Notes: generated by a model not told the origin, from the sequence alone. Shown: positions 18,093 through 29,286, numbered from the stretch's first letter. The stretch is 64,000 bases of DNA from an uncultured SAR86 cluster bacterium (GCA_902541365.1 CACBQK010000001.1:101851-165850), one strand, 5' to 3'. Translations and numbers: made by a program.

Positions 18093-18880
18093 TTTTTTTC
18101 GTATCTGCCACCTGTAAGTGCATTACTAAAAATATTAATTAAAAATGAAAAATATGTCATAAGAAAGACTAATACCTTGTATCTTTTACTTGGTATAGAA
18201 AGACGCTTGCCAGCAAACATTGCATCAAGGCCTTCTCTAGCTACTCTCTCAGCGGTTAATTTCATAAATGCTGGAACTTTATCCATTTGCTCTTGAGTGC
18301 CTGATGCAGAATGGAATTCAGTAACTGTATAACCTGGACAAACTGAAGTTGAAGAAATGCCTTTGCGTTTGTAATTTATATTTATAGAATCGTTAAATCT
18401 ATTCATAAATGTTTTAATTGGTCCATAAAGTGTCTGAATTGCGGATGGTGGAGCAAAAGATGCCACTGAAGAGACAATCATTACTTTTCCGCCACCCCTT
18501 GCTAGAAGATCGGGCACAAACTTTTTTGTTAGAGCTATTACTGATATTGCTAGCACTCTGAGACTTTTTTCTTCATCTTCCATAGGAACTTCATGAAATG
18601 GTTTTGGCAACCCATAACCTGCATTATTGATAAGAATTTCTACGTCATAATTATTATTCTTACAAAATTCATGAATTTGATCTGGTGCATCAACTTCAGC
18701 TAAATCAGCTGTGATGTAATCAACATTTACTTGATACCTGCTTCTAATTTCTGAGGCAAGTTCTTGTAATCTATTTTCTCTTCTAGCAGTCAAAATAATA
18801 TCGTGGCCTCTTTCAGCAAGCTGTATTGCTATTTCTTTTCCTATTCCCGCTGAAGCCCCTGTAACTATTGCATATGACAT
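18089..18880 (-). CDS. SDR-family oxidoreductase
   Basis: TGASAGIGKEIA Rossmann motif and NNAG. ATGA overlap with alaS. Confidence 0.85.
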   Translation of the reverse strand: MSYAIVTGASAGIGKEIAIQLAERGHDIILTARRENRLQELASEIRSRYQVNVDYITADLAEVDAPDQIHEFCKNNNYDVEILINNAGYGLPKPFHEVPMEDEEKSLRVLAISVIALTKKFVPDLLARGGGKVMIVSSVASFAPPSAIQTLYGPIKTFMNRFNDSININYKRKGISSTSVCPGYTVTEFHSASGTQEQMDKVPAFMKLTAERVAREGLDAMFAGKRLSIPSKRYKVLVFLMTYFSFLINIFSNALTGGRYEKK

Positions 18881-19396
18881 TTAAAAATCTCCTTTTTTAT
18901 ATCTTTTATAATTTTCAACATAAAATTTTGAGTTCAAAGCTGGTAGTTGTTGCTCTTCCTCCGATAACTCTCTTTTTACCTTTGCTGGAATGCCCATAAC
19001 CATTGAACCATCAGGGATTACAGCATTCTCAGTAATTAAAGCTTTGGCTCCAATTATGCAGTTTTTACCTATTTTTGCACCATTTAGAATGACTGAATTT
19101 ATACCAATTAGCGAACCATCACCTATTTCACATCCATGAAGCATTGCCATATGACCAACGGTAACATTATTACCAATGGTGCATTTAAAACCAGGATCTG
19201 TATGAATAATAGAACCTTCTTGAATATTTGACCCTATCCCTATAGAAATAGGCTCATTATCTCCTCTAACTACGCAATTAAACCAAATACTTGCATCTGT
19301 ATCTAAGAAAACATCACCAATGACGGTCGCGTTACTGGCAATCCAGTAATTTTCGTCCCGCATTTTAGGTTTTTTTCCATTTAGTTCGTAAATCAT
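18881..19396 (-). CDS. gamma-carbonic-anhydrase-like hexapeptide-repeat protein (YrdA/PaaY type)
   Basis: Left-handed beta-helix hexapeptide repeats (IGDxxxIG...). 171 aa. Confidence 0.83.
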   Translation of the reverse strand: MIYELNGKKPKMRDENYWIASNATVIGDVFLDTDASIWFNCVVRGDNEPISIGIGSNIQEGSIIHTDPGFKCTIGNNVTVGHMAMLHGCEIGDGSLIGINSVILNGAKIGKNCIIGAKALITENAVIPDGSMVMGIPAKVKRELSEEEQQLPALNSKFYVENYKRYKKGDF

Positions 19397-19968
19397 CGCT
19401 TCCAGTCCAATTTTATTCCTGCTTCAAAATAGTCATTAACAAAAATCGTTGTAATCATTGCAGTAAGTCCCCAAATTTTAAATCCATTATAACTCCATGA
19501 TGGTGATTTGAACTTAATTCCATCTCTTTCTAATTCTTGCCAAATAATATTTTCTTCATCAAGTAAATATGAAATAGGGACATCAAATATTTCATCTATT
19601 TCATAATTGGATTTAAAGGATTGATTAGTTTCTAAAAATCCAACAACTGGATGAACTTCTACTTTATGTCTCGAAATAAAATAATCCATTTTTCCTAGAA
19701 TCTCTAAATTTGTAGATTGTAGATTAATTTCTTCTTCACATTCTCTAAGGGCAGTCTGAAAAATATCCTGATCAATCTCTTCCATCATTCCACCAGGAAA
19801 ACTGACTTCACCTGCATGAGTTTTCATTTTCGATGACCTCAACGTAAATTTAATAGAAAAATTTTTGTCACTAATTTTTGATAACAAAATCATAACGCCA
19901 GCTTTTCTGTTTCCAGTAGTCGCATCATAATTAATATTACTTAATTTATCTTTTATTGAAGAAATCAT
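19393..19968 (-). CDS. NUDIX hydrolase, CoA pyrophosphatase-like
   Basis: Nudix box [12 protein letters not shown]...[11 protein letters not shown]. Confidence 0.8.
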   Translation of the reverse strand: MISSIKDKLSNINYDATTGNRKAGVMILLSKISDKNFSIKFTLRSSKMKTHAGEVSFPGGMMEEIDQDIFQTALRECEEEINLQSTNLEILGKMDYFISRHKVEVHPVVGFLETNQSFKSNYEIDEIFDVPISYLLDEENIIWQELERDGIKFKSPSWSYNGFKIWGLTAMITTIFVNDYFEAGIKLDWKR

Positions 19969-20011
19969 TTAAGATAGTTTAACTTTTTTTAGAAAAAATA
20001 TTGGTTAAGTT

Positions 20012-20548
20012 GTGAAGTATTGTTCAAATTGTGGAAGCTCAAATTTAGAATTTAAAATCCCTAAAGATGATAATCGCAAACGATACTGTTGCAATGATTG
20101 CAATACAATTTTTTATACAAATCCAAATCTAGTAGTGGGTACATTATCAACATTTGATAATAAAATATTAATTGCTAAAAGAAGTATTCATCCGCGTAAA
20201 GATAAGTGGACCTTGCCGGCAGGTTTTCTTGAAAATGCAGAAACGATGCAGGCTGGTGCATTAAGAGAAACATTAGAAGAAACTCAAGCTAAAGCTGAAA
20301 TAATTAAGCCATATACTGTAATAAGTCTACCGCATATCAGTCAGATACACGTTTTTTATCTAGCTAAACTTCTTTCAGATTCCTTTGGACCAACTAATGA
20401 AAGTAGTGAAGTAAAGCTGGTTGAAATATCAGAAATTCCATGGGATGAATTAGCTTTCCCAACAGTTTCAATGACTCTAAAATATTTCGTTGAGGATTCA
20501 AAAAAAGACAATTTTAGATTTCGTGAAGAAGAGATTTTACTGAGCTAA
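20012..20548 (+). CDS. NUDIX hydrolase with N-terminal zinc ribbon
   Basis: CSNCGS...CCNDC zinc ribbon followed by the Nudix box GFLENAETMQAGALRETLEETQA. GTG start. Confidence 0.8.
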   Translation: MKYCSNCGSSNLEFKIPKDDNRKRYCCNDCNTIFYTNPNLVVGTLSTFDNKILIAKRSIHPRKDKWTLPAGFLENAETMQAGALRETLEETQAKAEIIKPYTVISLPHISQIHVFYLAKLLSDSFGPTNESSEVKLVEISEIPWDELAFPTVSMTLKYFVEDSKKDNFRFREEEILLS

Positions 20549-23500
20549 CTTACAAACTTTTTAGCATTAATAAAGATCTGCATCCAAGGAGAAAATTCTC
20601 CCCAAGATAATGGTTTCCATGAAAATTGATGGGAGCGAAATACTCTCTCCGGGTGAGGCATCATGATTGTTATGTTTCCATTATCATTTGTAATTCCTGT
20701 AATTCCTGATGGTGATTTATTTGGATTCAATGGATATTGTTCAGTTTGATATCCAGATGAATCAACGAAAGTCATGCAGATCTTTTCTGAATCAAAAAGT
20801 TTACTTATTTCATCTTCATTTTCAAAACTTGCTCTACCCTCTCCATGCGAAACAATAATTGGTAGCGACCAGTCTTGCATATCATTTAACAGCACAGATT
20901 TTGATTTTAGAATTTTTACCTGGCTCAGTCTTGCTTCAAATTGATCGGAGTGATTCTTTTTGAAACTTGGCCAAGAATCTGTTCCAGGAATTATTTCTTT
21001 TATGGAGGAAAGCATTTGGCATCCATTACAAACACCAAGTGTAAATTTTTGCTCGTCCTCAAAAAATTTTAAAAACTTTTCTTGAATGCTATCACTAAAA
21101 TTGATTGTGCTAGACCAACCCTTTCCTGCTCCTAAAACATCTCCATATGAAAATCCACCACAAACAGCGAGACCATTAAATTGATTTAAATCTTTTTTCT
21201 GCTCTAACAAATCTTGCATATGAATATCGTGTGCTTCAAAACCTGCTTTTATGAATGCAGCTGCCATTTCATTTTGTCCATTTACACCTTGCTCTCTTAG
21301 AATTGCAACTTTTGGTTTATTTTTGAGGAAATTGAGTATTTTCAGACCTTTTTTAGGTTGCTTAAAGGAGTCATTTGCAAATAATCCAGTATTTGAGGTC
21401 TTTGAAATAAGATCAAACTCAGATTTTGCATCATCTTTATTATCACGTATAGATTTGATGCGATATGAGACCTGAGACCAAGCCTGCTCAAGCTCTGCAA
21501 TGTCTCGTGAGAATAATTTATCCTTATTTTTATCAAGAATATCAAAGTTACTTCCGCCAATCTTTCCTAAATACTGGAATAAAAGGTTTTGAGAAAGAGC
21601 TGATTGCTTTAATTCCTTTAATTTAGATTCATTTATTTGGATAACTACTCCAATCTCTTCAGAAAATAAGAATTGCTCAGGAGAAACCTGAAAATTGTTA
21701 TCAAGCGATATCAAACATCCTATTTTATTTGTAAAGCAAAGTTCAGATAAGGTTGCAAGGATTCCTCCATCAGAAATATCATGAAGCGCATGAATATTTT
21801 TCTTATTTACTCCTTCCTGAATAAAATTAAATAAATTTAACAGTTCTTCGGATGAAATATCTGGTGTATCAGTAAATGATGTTCCAAAAATATCTTGATA
21901 AATTGATCCACTCAATCTAAAAAAATTGTTTGGTTTTACTAAAACCAAGCATGGATCCTCTAAGTTTTTATACTCTGTAGTTATTGATGTTCTTACGTCT
22001 TTGACAGGTGCCATAGCTGAAATGATTCCTGTCATTGGACTTTTAACGGTGAAGTTTGATTGGTCTTTTTCCCATGTTGTTCTCATGGACAAAGAATCTT
22101 TACCAACAGGAATTGCTATCCCAAGATCAATACAAAAGTTTGATAATGCTTCCACTCCTTTTCTAAGATTTAAATCTTCAATATTTTCTCCACATGCTGC
22201 CATCCAGTTAGCTGATGCTCTAATAGAAGAAATAGATTCAATTGGTACTGACATCATATTGGTTACTGCTTCGGCTACTGCCATTCGCATTGAAGCAGCT
22301 GCATTATGAATGGATAAAGCTGGTCTCTCTCCAATACTTATGACTTCTCCACAAACATCATCAAAAGATCTCAAGGACATAGCATAATTTGATGTAGGTA
22401 CTTGCCACTTTCCAACAAATTGGTCTCTTGCAACCATTCCTCCTACCGATCTATCACCGATTGTAATTAAAAAAGATTTTGAACCAACCGTTGGATGACT
22501 AAGAACATTTTCAGCACTTTTCTCAATATGTTTTTTAGCAGACTCTTTTGCTTTTGGATCAAGCTCTGAAATATCTAAATCATTATCTACATCTATTGCT
22601 ATCTTTTGCTCAACATTAAAAACATTTTTTTCTTCTTGAACGACTTTCTTTTCTAGTGGCAGTTCGCCAAACAGCATAGATAAGGGGACATCCACTGGAT
22701 AGTTATTGGCACTTTCATCAAATAGTTTTACATATTTTTCAGTTGTTGTTTTTCCTACAACTGCAAAAGGACAACGTTCTCTCTTACAAATTTCTGAAAA
22801 TAGTTCTTCATTATTGGAATGAATGCTTAAAACATATCTTTCCTGAGATTCGTTTGACCAGATTTCCATCGGTGACATTGAGTGATCTGCGCATGGAATG
22901 TCTTTAAGATTTATATATACTCCCAATTCACTATCTTTAGCTAGTTCTGGTATTGCATTTGAAAGACCGCCTGCACCTACATCATGTATAAACTCTATGA
23001 TGCTAGGGTTTTTATTATTACAAGTATTAATTACTTCTTGGCATCGTCTTTCCATTTCTGCGTTATCTCTTTGTACTGAAGCAAAATCTAAATCCTCATC
23101 ACTTTGTCCTGATGACATTGATGATGCAGCGCCGCCGCCAAGACCAATGAGCATTGATGGACCACCCAAAACAATTACTAAATAGTCCTCACTAATTTGT
23201 TTTTTAAAATTATTCCTATCAATAATCTCTCCGATTCCACCTGCCAGCATAATTGGTTTGTGATAACCATATGCTGTTGAATCTTTGAATGAAGTTTCAA
23301 AACTTCTGAAGTAACCTAGTATTGATGGACGACCAAATTCATTATTAAATGCTGCGCCGCCAAGGGGTGCATCAATCATTATTTCAAGCGGCGAAGCAAT
23401 CCTTTCTGGTTTATTCTCATCATTCTCCCAAGGGCGAATAAAGTCAGGGAGTCTTAAGTTAGAAACATTAAACCCAACCAAGCCAACCTTTGGCTTTGCT

Positions 23501-24453
23501 CCCATTCCAGTTGCGCCCTCATCTCTTATTTCTCCACCTGATCCTGTAGACGCTCCTGGAAATGGTGAAATTGCAGTCGGGTGATTATGAGTTTCTACCT
23601 TTATGGTTGAATTAATCTTCTCTTGAATGAACTCATAAGTTTGATCATTATTTACTGAAAGCCTTTTAGTATTAACACCTTCAACAATGGCGGCATTATC
23701 TTTATAGGCAGAAATAATTTTTTTTGGCGACTCTTTACTGGTCTTTTTAATAAGCTGAAATAAAGAATCTTCTTTTTCTTCACCGTCCACTTGCCAGTCG
23801 GTATTAAAAATCTTATGCCTGCAATGTTCTGAGTTTGCTTGTGAGAACATCATGAGTTCAGCATCAGTAGGATTTCTATTAATCGAATTATAAAAATCTA
23901 AGAGATAATCTATTTCATCATTTGAAATTGCAAAACCATATTTTGTGTTTGCATCCTCAAGAGCTTTTTTCCCACAAGAGATAATATCAATCTCACCGAG
24001 ACCTCTTTTATCTAGCTCAAAGAAAAATTCTGCTAGCTCTTCAGTTGTTGAGTAAATGGATTGAGTCATGCGATCAAAGACCGAGGAAAGGTCAAGGTTT
24101 GAATTAGGTTCTAAGTTAGAGATCTTAAAGCCATAAAACCTCTCAATTCTGGATATTCCAACAATCCCAACATTTTTAAAAATATCTTCAGTTTTTGAAG
24201 ACCAAGGGCTAATAATTGATCTTCTAGGTCCTACAAAAAAATCAAATTCTTCTGCTAGCTCCTCGCAGCCAAGAATTCTTTTACATCTATCAAGCTCGTT
24301 ACAAGTGTCCTCTGCACTAACTAAGAAAACCTCTATACATTCAATAGTCGCTTTAGAGTTATTTGAAAAATTGAATTCGTCAGTAAGCTTGGCGGCAGTT
24401 GCCGAAGAAAAGGCATTTCCCCCTGAGAAGATATTAATTTTTAAATTTGGCAC
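20545..24453 (-). CDS. purL: phosphoribosylformylglycinamidine synthase (single-chain large form)
   Basis: 1302 aa. ETHNHPTAISPFPGA motif and the C-terminal glutaminase GVCNGCQM. GTG start. Confidence 0.97.
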   Translation of the reverse strand: MPNLKINIFSGGNAFSSATAAKLTDEFNFSNNSKATIECIEVFLVSAEDTCNELDRCKRILGCEELAEEFDFFVGPRRSIISPWSSKTEDIFKNVGIVGISRIERFYGFKISNLEPNSNLDLSSVFDRMTQSIYSTTEELAEFFFELDKRGLGEIDIISCGKKALEDANTKYGFAISNDEIDYLLDFYNSINRNPTDAELMMFSQANSEHCRHKIFNTDWQVDGEEKEDSLFQLIKKTSKESPKKIISAYKDNAAIVEGVNTKRLSVNNDQTYEFIQEKINSTIKVETHNHPTAISPFPGASTGSGGEIRDEGATGMGAKPKVGLVGFNVSNLRLPDFIRPWENDENKPERIASPLEIMIDAPLGGAAFNNEFGRPSILGYFRSFETSFKDSTAYGYHKPIMLAGGIGEIIDRNNFKKQISEDYLVIVLGGPSMLIGLGGGAASSMSSGQSDEDLDFASVQRDNAEMERRCQEVINTCNNKNPSIIEFIHDVGAGGLSNAIPELAKDSELGVYINLKDIPCADHSMSPMEIWSNESQERYVLSIHSNNEELFSEICKRERCPFAVVGKTTTEKYVKLFDESANNYPVDVPLSMLFGELPLEKKVVQEEKNVFNVEQKIAIDVDNDLDISELDPKAKESAKKHIEKSAENVLSHPTVGSKSFLITIGDRSVGGMVARDQFVGKWQVPTSNYAMSLRSFDDVCGEVISIGERPALSIHNAAASMRMAVAEAVTNMMSVPIESISSIRASANWMAACGENIEDLNLRKGVEALSNFCIDLGIAIPVGKDSLSMRTTWEKDQSNFTVKSPMTGIISAMAPVKDVRTSITTEYKNLEDPCLVLVKPNNFFRLSGSIYQDIFGTSFTDTPDISSEELLNLFNFIQEGVNKKNIHALHDISDGGILATLSELCFTNKIGCLISLDNNFQVSPEQFLFSEEIGVVIQINESKLKELKQSALSQNLLFQYLGKIGGSNFDILDKNKDKLFSRDIAELEQAWSQVSYRIKSIRDNKDDAKSEFDLISKTSNTGLFANDSFKQPKKGLKILNFLKNKPKVAILREQGVNGQNEMAAAFIKAGFEAHDIHMQDLLEQKKDLNQFNGLAVCGGFSYGDVLGAGKGWSSTINFSDSIQEKFLKFFEDEQKFTLGVCNGCQMLSSIKEIIPGTDSWPSFKKNHSDQFEARLSQVKILKSKSVLLNDMQDWSLPIIVSHGEGRASFENEDEISKLFDSEKICMTFVDSSGYQTEQYPLNPNKSPSGITGITNDNGNITIMMPHPERVFRSHQFSWKPLSWGEFSPWMQIFINAKKFVS

Positions 24454-24517
24454 TTATTAAAGATTTAAAAACCTTAATACAATTATAGGATAAAAACTTT
24501 GCTCAAACAGTAGCAAT

Positions 24518-26527
24518 CTAGACTTCTATTAACTTTCTTTTAAGTTCTTTAATTTTATCTCTGCAATAAGCAGCTTTTTCAAACTCAGTTTGGTTTGCAT
24601 ACTTATACATTTGCTCTTCAAGCTTATTAATTGATTTTGAGATTTCATCAGGATTTGACTCTTTGATTCTAAATTTCAAGTCTTTTGAATAATCTTGCGG
24701 TCTGTTCTTAGAGGCTCTCTTATTTACTCTTGCGCCTTCCATAATATCTTTTACTTCTTTCTTAATCGACTGAGGTTTAATATTATTTTTTTCATTGAAC
24801 TCTAGCTGGATATCTCGCCTTCTTGAAGTTTCAGCTAAGGCTCGCTCCATTGATCCAGTTTTTTTATCTGCATATAGGATTGCTTTTCCTCTTAAGTTTC
24901 TGGCTGCTCTTCCTATCGTTTGAATAAGGGTTGTTTCAGATCTTAAAAAACCTTCTTTATCTGCATCTAGAATTGCAACAAGGCTCACCTCAGGAATATC
25001 AAGCCCCTCTCTTAGTAAATTAATACCTACTAAGACATCAAATTTACCAAGTCTGAGATCTCGAATAATTTCTACCCTTTCAACAGTATCAATATCTGAA
25101 TGCATATATCTTGTTTTAATATCATTCTCATTAAGATAATCAGTCAGATCCTCTGCCATTCTTTTAGTCAAAGTTGTTATGAGAACCCTCTCCTTAAGCA
25201 TTGCTCTCTCATTACATTCACCAATCACATCATCAACCTGAGATATAGCTGGTCTGATTTCAACTTCTGGATCAGTTAAACCAGTTGGTCTAACAAGAAG
25301 TTCAACTAAGTTATCATTCCTTTCAGACTCATACTTATTTGGTGTAGCGGAGACATAAATTCTTTGTGATGCAAGTAACTCCCACTCTTCAAATCTTAAT
25401 GGCCTATTATCTACGGCTGATGGGAGCCTGAAACCATACTCAACCAAGGTTTCTTTTCTTGATCTATCGCCCTTATACATTGCACCTATTTGCGGAACTG
25501 TTACATGTGATTCATCGATAAAAACTAAAGCATTTTTTGGAACATAATCAAACAAGCAAGGCGGTGGTTCGCCTGACTCTCTTCCTGAAAGATATCGAGA
25601 GTAATTCTCGATTCCTTGACAATAACCAAGTTCGCGCATCATTTCTAAATCATATTGTGTTCTTTCTTGAAGTCTTTGTGCCTCTACTAATTTATTATTT
25701 TCCTTTAAAAAGGCTAGTCTATTTTTTAGTTCCTCTTCGATATCCGGAATACATGCATTTATTTTTTCTCTTGGAGTTACATAGTGAGTCTTTGGAAAGA
25801 TAGTAGCTCTTGGTGTTTCTGAAATAATCTCTCCTGTAAGAGAATCGATCCATAACAGACTTTCAATTTCATCTCCAAACATCTGAATACGTAATGCTTC
25901 TCTCTCTGAGTCAGCTGGATATACATCTATAGTGTCTCCTCTGACTCTAAAAGTTGATCTTCTAAAATCAAGGTCATTTCTGGTGTATTGCATAACTGAT
26001 AGTTTTTTTAAAAGTTGCCTTTGATCAACTTCATCACCTCTGTCTAAATGCATGACCATCTCTAAATAAGACTCAGGTGCTCCTAATCCATAAATGGATG
26101 AAACTGTTGCAACAACAATTGCATCTTTTCTCTCTATCAGTGCTTTTGTCGCAGATAATCGCATCTGCTCAATATGCTCATTAATTGATGCATCTTTAGC
26201 AATATAAGTATCTGAGGCTGGGACATAGGCCTCAGGCTGATAATAATCATAATAAGAAACAAAATACTCCACAGAATTATTTGGAAAAAAATCTCTAAAT
26301 TCACCGTAGAGTTGAGCGGCAAGAGTTTTGTTATGTGCCATTATTATTGCTGGACGCTGAGTCTCTTCAATAACTTTTGCCATAGTGTATGTTTTACCAG
26401 AACCCGTTACACCCAAAAGAACTTGATGGAGCAAACCGTTATCTATACCTGATACCAGACTTTTAATTGCCTCAGGTTGGGTTCCTGCTGGATCAAAATT
26501 ACTTACTACTTCAAGTTTTTTCGTCAT
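24518..26527 (-). CDS. uvrB: excinuclease ABC subunit B
   Basis: Walker A GVTGSGKT, helicase motifs and a C-terminal UVR domain. 669 aa. Confidence 0.97.
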   Translation of the reverse strand: MTKKLEVVSNFDPAGTQPEAIKSLVSGIDNGLLHQVLLGVTGSGKTYTMAKVIEETQRPAIIMAHNKTLAAQLYGEFRDFFPNNSVEYFVSYYDYYQPEAYVPASDTYIAKDASINEHIEQMRLSATKALIERKDAIVVATVSSIYGLGAPESYLEMVMHLDRGDEVDQRQLLKKLSVMQYTRNDLDFRRSTFRVRGDTIDVYPADSEREALRIQMFGDEIESLLWIDSLTGEIISETPRATIFPKTHYVTPREKINACIPDIEEELKNRLAFLKENNKLVEAQRLQERTQYDLEMMRELGYCQGIENYSRYLSGRESGEPPPCLFDYVPKNALVFIDESHVTVPQIGAMYKGDRSRKETLVEYGFRLPSAVDNRPLRFEEWELLASQRIYVSATPNKYESERNDNLVELLVRPTGLTDPEVEIRPAISQVDDVIGECNERAMLKERVLITTLTKRMAEDLTDYLNENDIKTRYMHSDIDTVERVEIIRDLRLGKFDVLVGINLLREGLDIPEVSLVAILDADKEGFLRSETTLIQTIGRAARNLRGKAILYADKKTGSMERALAETSRRRDIQLEFNEKNNIKPQSIKKEVKDIMEGARVNKRASKNRPQDYSKDLKFRIKESNPDEISKSINKLEEQMYKYANQTEFEKAAYCRDKIKELKRKLIEV

Positions 26528-26557
26528 TTATTTCTTACTTATTAAATAAAAATTAAT

Positions 26558-26563
26558 TATAAT
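26558..26563 (+). promoter_or_regulatory. candidate -10 box (TATAAT) for tRNA-Asn
   Basis: Perfect TATAAT 11 nt upstream of the mature tRNA 5' end. No clear -35. Confidence 0.4.
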
Positions 26564-26574
26564 GCTTTTCACGC

Positions 26575-26649
26575 TCCCCTGTAGCTCAGCGGTAGAGCAG
26601 TTGACTGTTAATCAATTGGTCGTGTGTTCGATCCACACCGGGGGAGCCA
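26575..26649 (+). tRNA. tRNA-Asn (anticodon GUU), CCA encoded
   Basis: Cloverleaf checked by hand. Acceptor TCCCCTG/CGGGGGA and D stem GCTC/GAGC. Anticodon stem GTTGA/TCAAT with loop CTGTTAA. T arm GTGTG-TTCGATC-CACAC. 75 nt. Confidence 0.95.
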
Positions 26650-26670
26650 TAGTTAATTTATACTGCTAGC

Positions 26671-27177
26671 ATGAAAAAAATTTTCTCACTTTTACTTCTA
26701 TTTATATCTATGAGTTCTTTTTCCGATATTTCAAATAATCCTTCCAATTGGTACATTGTTACCGATCAAGTTATGGGCGGTAAGTCAGAATTAGAAGCCG
26801 GTTTTGATGATGGTGTTTTCAGTCTAAAAGGATATGTAACTACTGTTAATAATGGTGGTTTCGTTAGGTTAGCCCACAGACCAGATAGCATTAATAAAGA
26901 GGTTAAGGGTATTCGCTTTATGGCAAAAGGAAATAATGAAACCTATGAAGTTCATGTAACTATGCAAGGCTTAAGAATGCCGCCATGGGCATATCACAGC
27001 TCAACATTTGATGTTACTTCAGAATGGCAAATGTTTGAAATTAATTTCTCAGACTTTGAAAAAAAATCTGGTATGTCGCCAAGGCTAAATCCCAGCAATA
27101 TTAGAGATATTAGTTTTGCTGGGTATGGCAGAGACTTCGATGTCAATTTAAAAGTTAAAGAGATCTCTTTCTATTAA
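26671..27177 (+). CDS. CIA30-domain protein with signal peptide
   Basis: Signal peptide MKKIFSLLLLFISMSSFS. NWYIVTDQVMGGKSE matches the start of the CIA30 domain as I remember it. Confidence 0.72.
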   Translation: MKKIFSLLLLFISMSSFSDISNNPSNWYIVTDQVMGGKSELEAGFDDGVFSLKGYVTTVNNGGFVRLAHRPDSINKEVKGIRFMAKGNNETYEVHVTMQGLRMPPWAYHSSTFDVTSEWQMFEINFSDFEKKSGMSPRLNPSNIRDISFAGYGRDFDVNLKVKEISFY

Positions 27178-27181
27178 AGTC

Positions 27182-27598
27182 TTAAGAGTTTTCAACAAAA
27201 AATTTTTTTAAGAGCCTAAATATATTTTCTCTTGTTCTTCGGAATTCTTTTTCTAGCTGTTGATCTGAATAACTATCGTTATCTGGATCCTCATTTGCCC
27301 AATGAATTTTTTTTGCTTTGTTATTTAGAATTGGACAGAATTCCTCAGCACACAAGGTAATTATGAAATCAACATCATTCATAAACTCCATATCAAGATC
27401 TTCTAAACTCTTCGATTCATAATTTGAAATATCAATTCCTATTTCTTTCATGGTACTAATTGCATTCTTATGGACTGAGCCACTAGGTTGAGATCCTGCG
27501 CTTTGTATGTTGTATTCAGAACCCATCATCGACTTTGCTAGACCTTCAGCAATTTGGCTTCTAGCTGAGTTTCCAACACAAAGAAATAAGATATTCAT
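27182..27598 (-). CDS. arsC: arsenate reductase / low-molecular-weight phosphatase family (thioredoxin-coupled ArsC type)
   Basis: P-loop CVGNSARS (CX5R) plus the downstream TLCAEEFCPIL Cys pair seen in Gram-positive-type ArsC. Confidence 0.7.
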   Translation of the reverse strand: MNILFLCVGNSARSQIAEGLAKSMMGSEYNIQSAGSQPSGSVHKNAISTMKEIGIDISNYESKSLEDLDMEFMNDVDFIITLCAEEFCPILNNKAKKIHWANEDPDNDSYSDQQLEKEFRRTRENIFRLLKKFFVENS

Positions 27599-27606
27599 AG
27601 TTTAAA

Positions 27607-27631
27607 TTTGGGCAGGATTGTCCTGCCCAAA
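27607..27631. other. perfect 11-bp inverted repeat (hairpin) between two minus-strand genes
   Basis: TTTGGGCAGGA-TTG-TCCTGCCCAAA. No U-tract immediately follows the GC core on either strand. Confidence 0.5.
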
Positions 27632-27636
27632 TAAGA

Positions 27637-28068
27637 TTATTTAAAGTTTACTTCTCTTAAAACAACAAGGTCTACGATTTCTCTCATATCACCATAGCCG
27701 CCTGCTATTTCACTCTGATCATCTTCGGAAATCTTTTTTCTCCATGCTTCCATAAATTCCTCATATTTTTCTTTATCAGGACCCATTGCAGCAAGATTTT
27801 CATAAGTAATTGTTAAGAAGACATTTGGGTCTGTGCCAGCAGTGCTTGCAGTGTAGACCGCACATCCAACAATATGTCCAAGCTCTTTTTGTATTTCACA
27901 AGAATCAACCCAAGTTCTTTTAATTCCCATAAGATAATCATTCAACATATTTGGTTTTACTTTAATAACAGTCATTTCTGTAACTTGCTCAGCAGGCTCA
28001 TAATCTACCCAGATCTCAGCAAAGCTAAAGAAAGGAACAAGTAGTGACAAAAATAGAATTTTTTTCAT
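27637..28068 (-). CDS. secreted hypothetical protein, 143 aa
   Basis: Signal peptide MKKILFLSLLVPFFSFA. GGAGGA-like Shine-Dalgarno upstream. No family recognised. Confidence 0.62.
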   Translation of the reverse strand: MKKILFLSLLVPFFSFAEIWVDYEPAEQVTEMTVIKVKPNMLNDYLMGIKRTWVDSCEIQKELGHIVGCAVYTASTAGTDPNVFLTITYENLAAMGPDKEKYEEFMEAWRKKISEDDQSEIAGGYGDMREIVDLVVLREVNFK

Positions 28069-28154
28069 AATTTCCTCCTAAATTTCTAAGTAACTACAAT
28101 ACCACTAGACCCAAAGAAATTGAAAATATATTTTGTTACCATTAATGAGTAGAA

Positions 28155-29258
28155 ATGAAAATATCAAAAGAAAAACTGCTAAATAAAACTACCTCTCATG
28201 AACCTGAATTTTTAGAGGCACTTAATCTTTTAGTGGATGATATTAATGCAAATAAAGAAATAAATATGTTTGGCATTATTGCTTTTATGCATCAATTACA
28301 TAATCGGATGAATGTAAGAGAACAGATTCATAGGTTTACAGTAAATAAAGATATGCCTGATACAGCAGCACCCATCATCGTAACAGGTCTTCCTCGATCA
28401 GGAACCACTTTTCTCTTTGATATTCTCTGTAATGATGCAGATCATAGAAGCTCACTTTATTGGGAAATAACAAGACCTCTCCCATGGCTTGAAAAAGGAA
28501 GTTGGCGTGAGTCGCTGAGGATTTTTGCAACTGATGTTGAGCTTCGTTTTGCTAGGCTTGTAGTGCCTATGCTCGATGCCATGCACAAGTTGCGAGCTCT
28601 ATCTCCTGAGGAGTGTGAGCAATTTAATACGGTGACTGCAAAAAGTGTTGTCTATATTTATATGTCTCATCTTCCAAACTATAAAAAGTTTCTAATGGAA
28701 ACTGATTTTACTAATGTATTTGAGTGGCATAAAAAGTTTTTCCAAATCTTAGAACTTTCAGGTAGGCCTAAAAACTGGCTATTCAAAGACCCATCGCATA
28801 TTGAACACATTCCTGAAATTTTAAAGATTTATCCAAAGGCAAGATTCATACATATATTTAGAGATCCTATAAAATCAATTACTTCAACTTGTAGTCTTAC
28901 TGAAAAACTTTGGAGTGGGCTGTGTAACCAAATTGATAGAGAACTTATTGGGAAACAAACGATTGAGTTTTGGGAAAATGCAATATTAAAAAATAAAGAA
29001 GGAAGGACTTTGCTCGATTCAACAACAAACCTTGATATTGATTATGCTGATTTCATTAAAGATCCTATTGCAATAATGGAGAATATTTATGATTTTATTG
29101 ATAAGCCCTTTGAGGAAAGTATAAAAATTAAAATGGAATCTTATATTAAGAATCATAAGAAACATAAACATGGAAAGCACAACTATGAGCTTACAGATTA
29201 TGGTTTGACTGAGGAAATTATAGAAGATCGCATTGCCTCTAAATGGCAAATAAACTAG
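28155..29258 (+). CDS. sulfotransferase-family protein
   Basis: 5'-PSB loop [14 protein letters not shown] and 3'-PB-like [10 protein letters not shown]. Confidence 0.8.
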   Translation: MKISKEKLLNKTTSHEPEFLEALNLLVDDINANKEINMFGIIAFMHQLHNRMNVREQIHRFTVNKDMPDTAAPIIVTGLPRSGTTFLFDILCNDADHRSSLYWEITRPLPWLEKGSWRESLRIFATDVELRFARLVVPMLDAMHKLRALSPEECEQFNTVTAKSVVYIYMSHLPNYKKFLMETDFTNVFEWHKKFFQILELSGRPKNWLFKDPSHIEHIPEILKIYPKARFIHIFRDPIKSITSTCSLTEKLWSGLCNQIDRELIGKQTIEFWENAILKNKEGRTLLDSTTNLDIDYADFIKDPIAIMENIYDFIDKPFEESIKIKMESYIKNHKKHKHGKHNYELTDYGLTEEIIEDRIASKWQIN

Positions 29259-29286
29259 TATTAATAAACATTTAAATTTAAAAGGT

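Noticed and set aside
21926-22309. A 127-aa plus-strand ORF, together with others at 21251..21475 and 22898..23185.
   Set aside because: All lie antisense within purL and have no independent signals.
24482-24510. A possible PurR-type operator near the purL promoter (TTTGCTCAAACAG).
   Set aside because: There is only a 4-bp inverted repeat (TTTG/CAAA), which does not resemble the ACGCAAACGTTTGCGT PurR box.
26575-29258. A possible genomic island integrated at tRNA-Asn (CIA30, arsC, secreted protein, sulfotransferase).
   Set aside because: I saw no integrase or recombinase, no direct repeat of the tRNA 3' end and no obvious compositional break.
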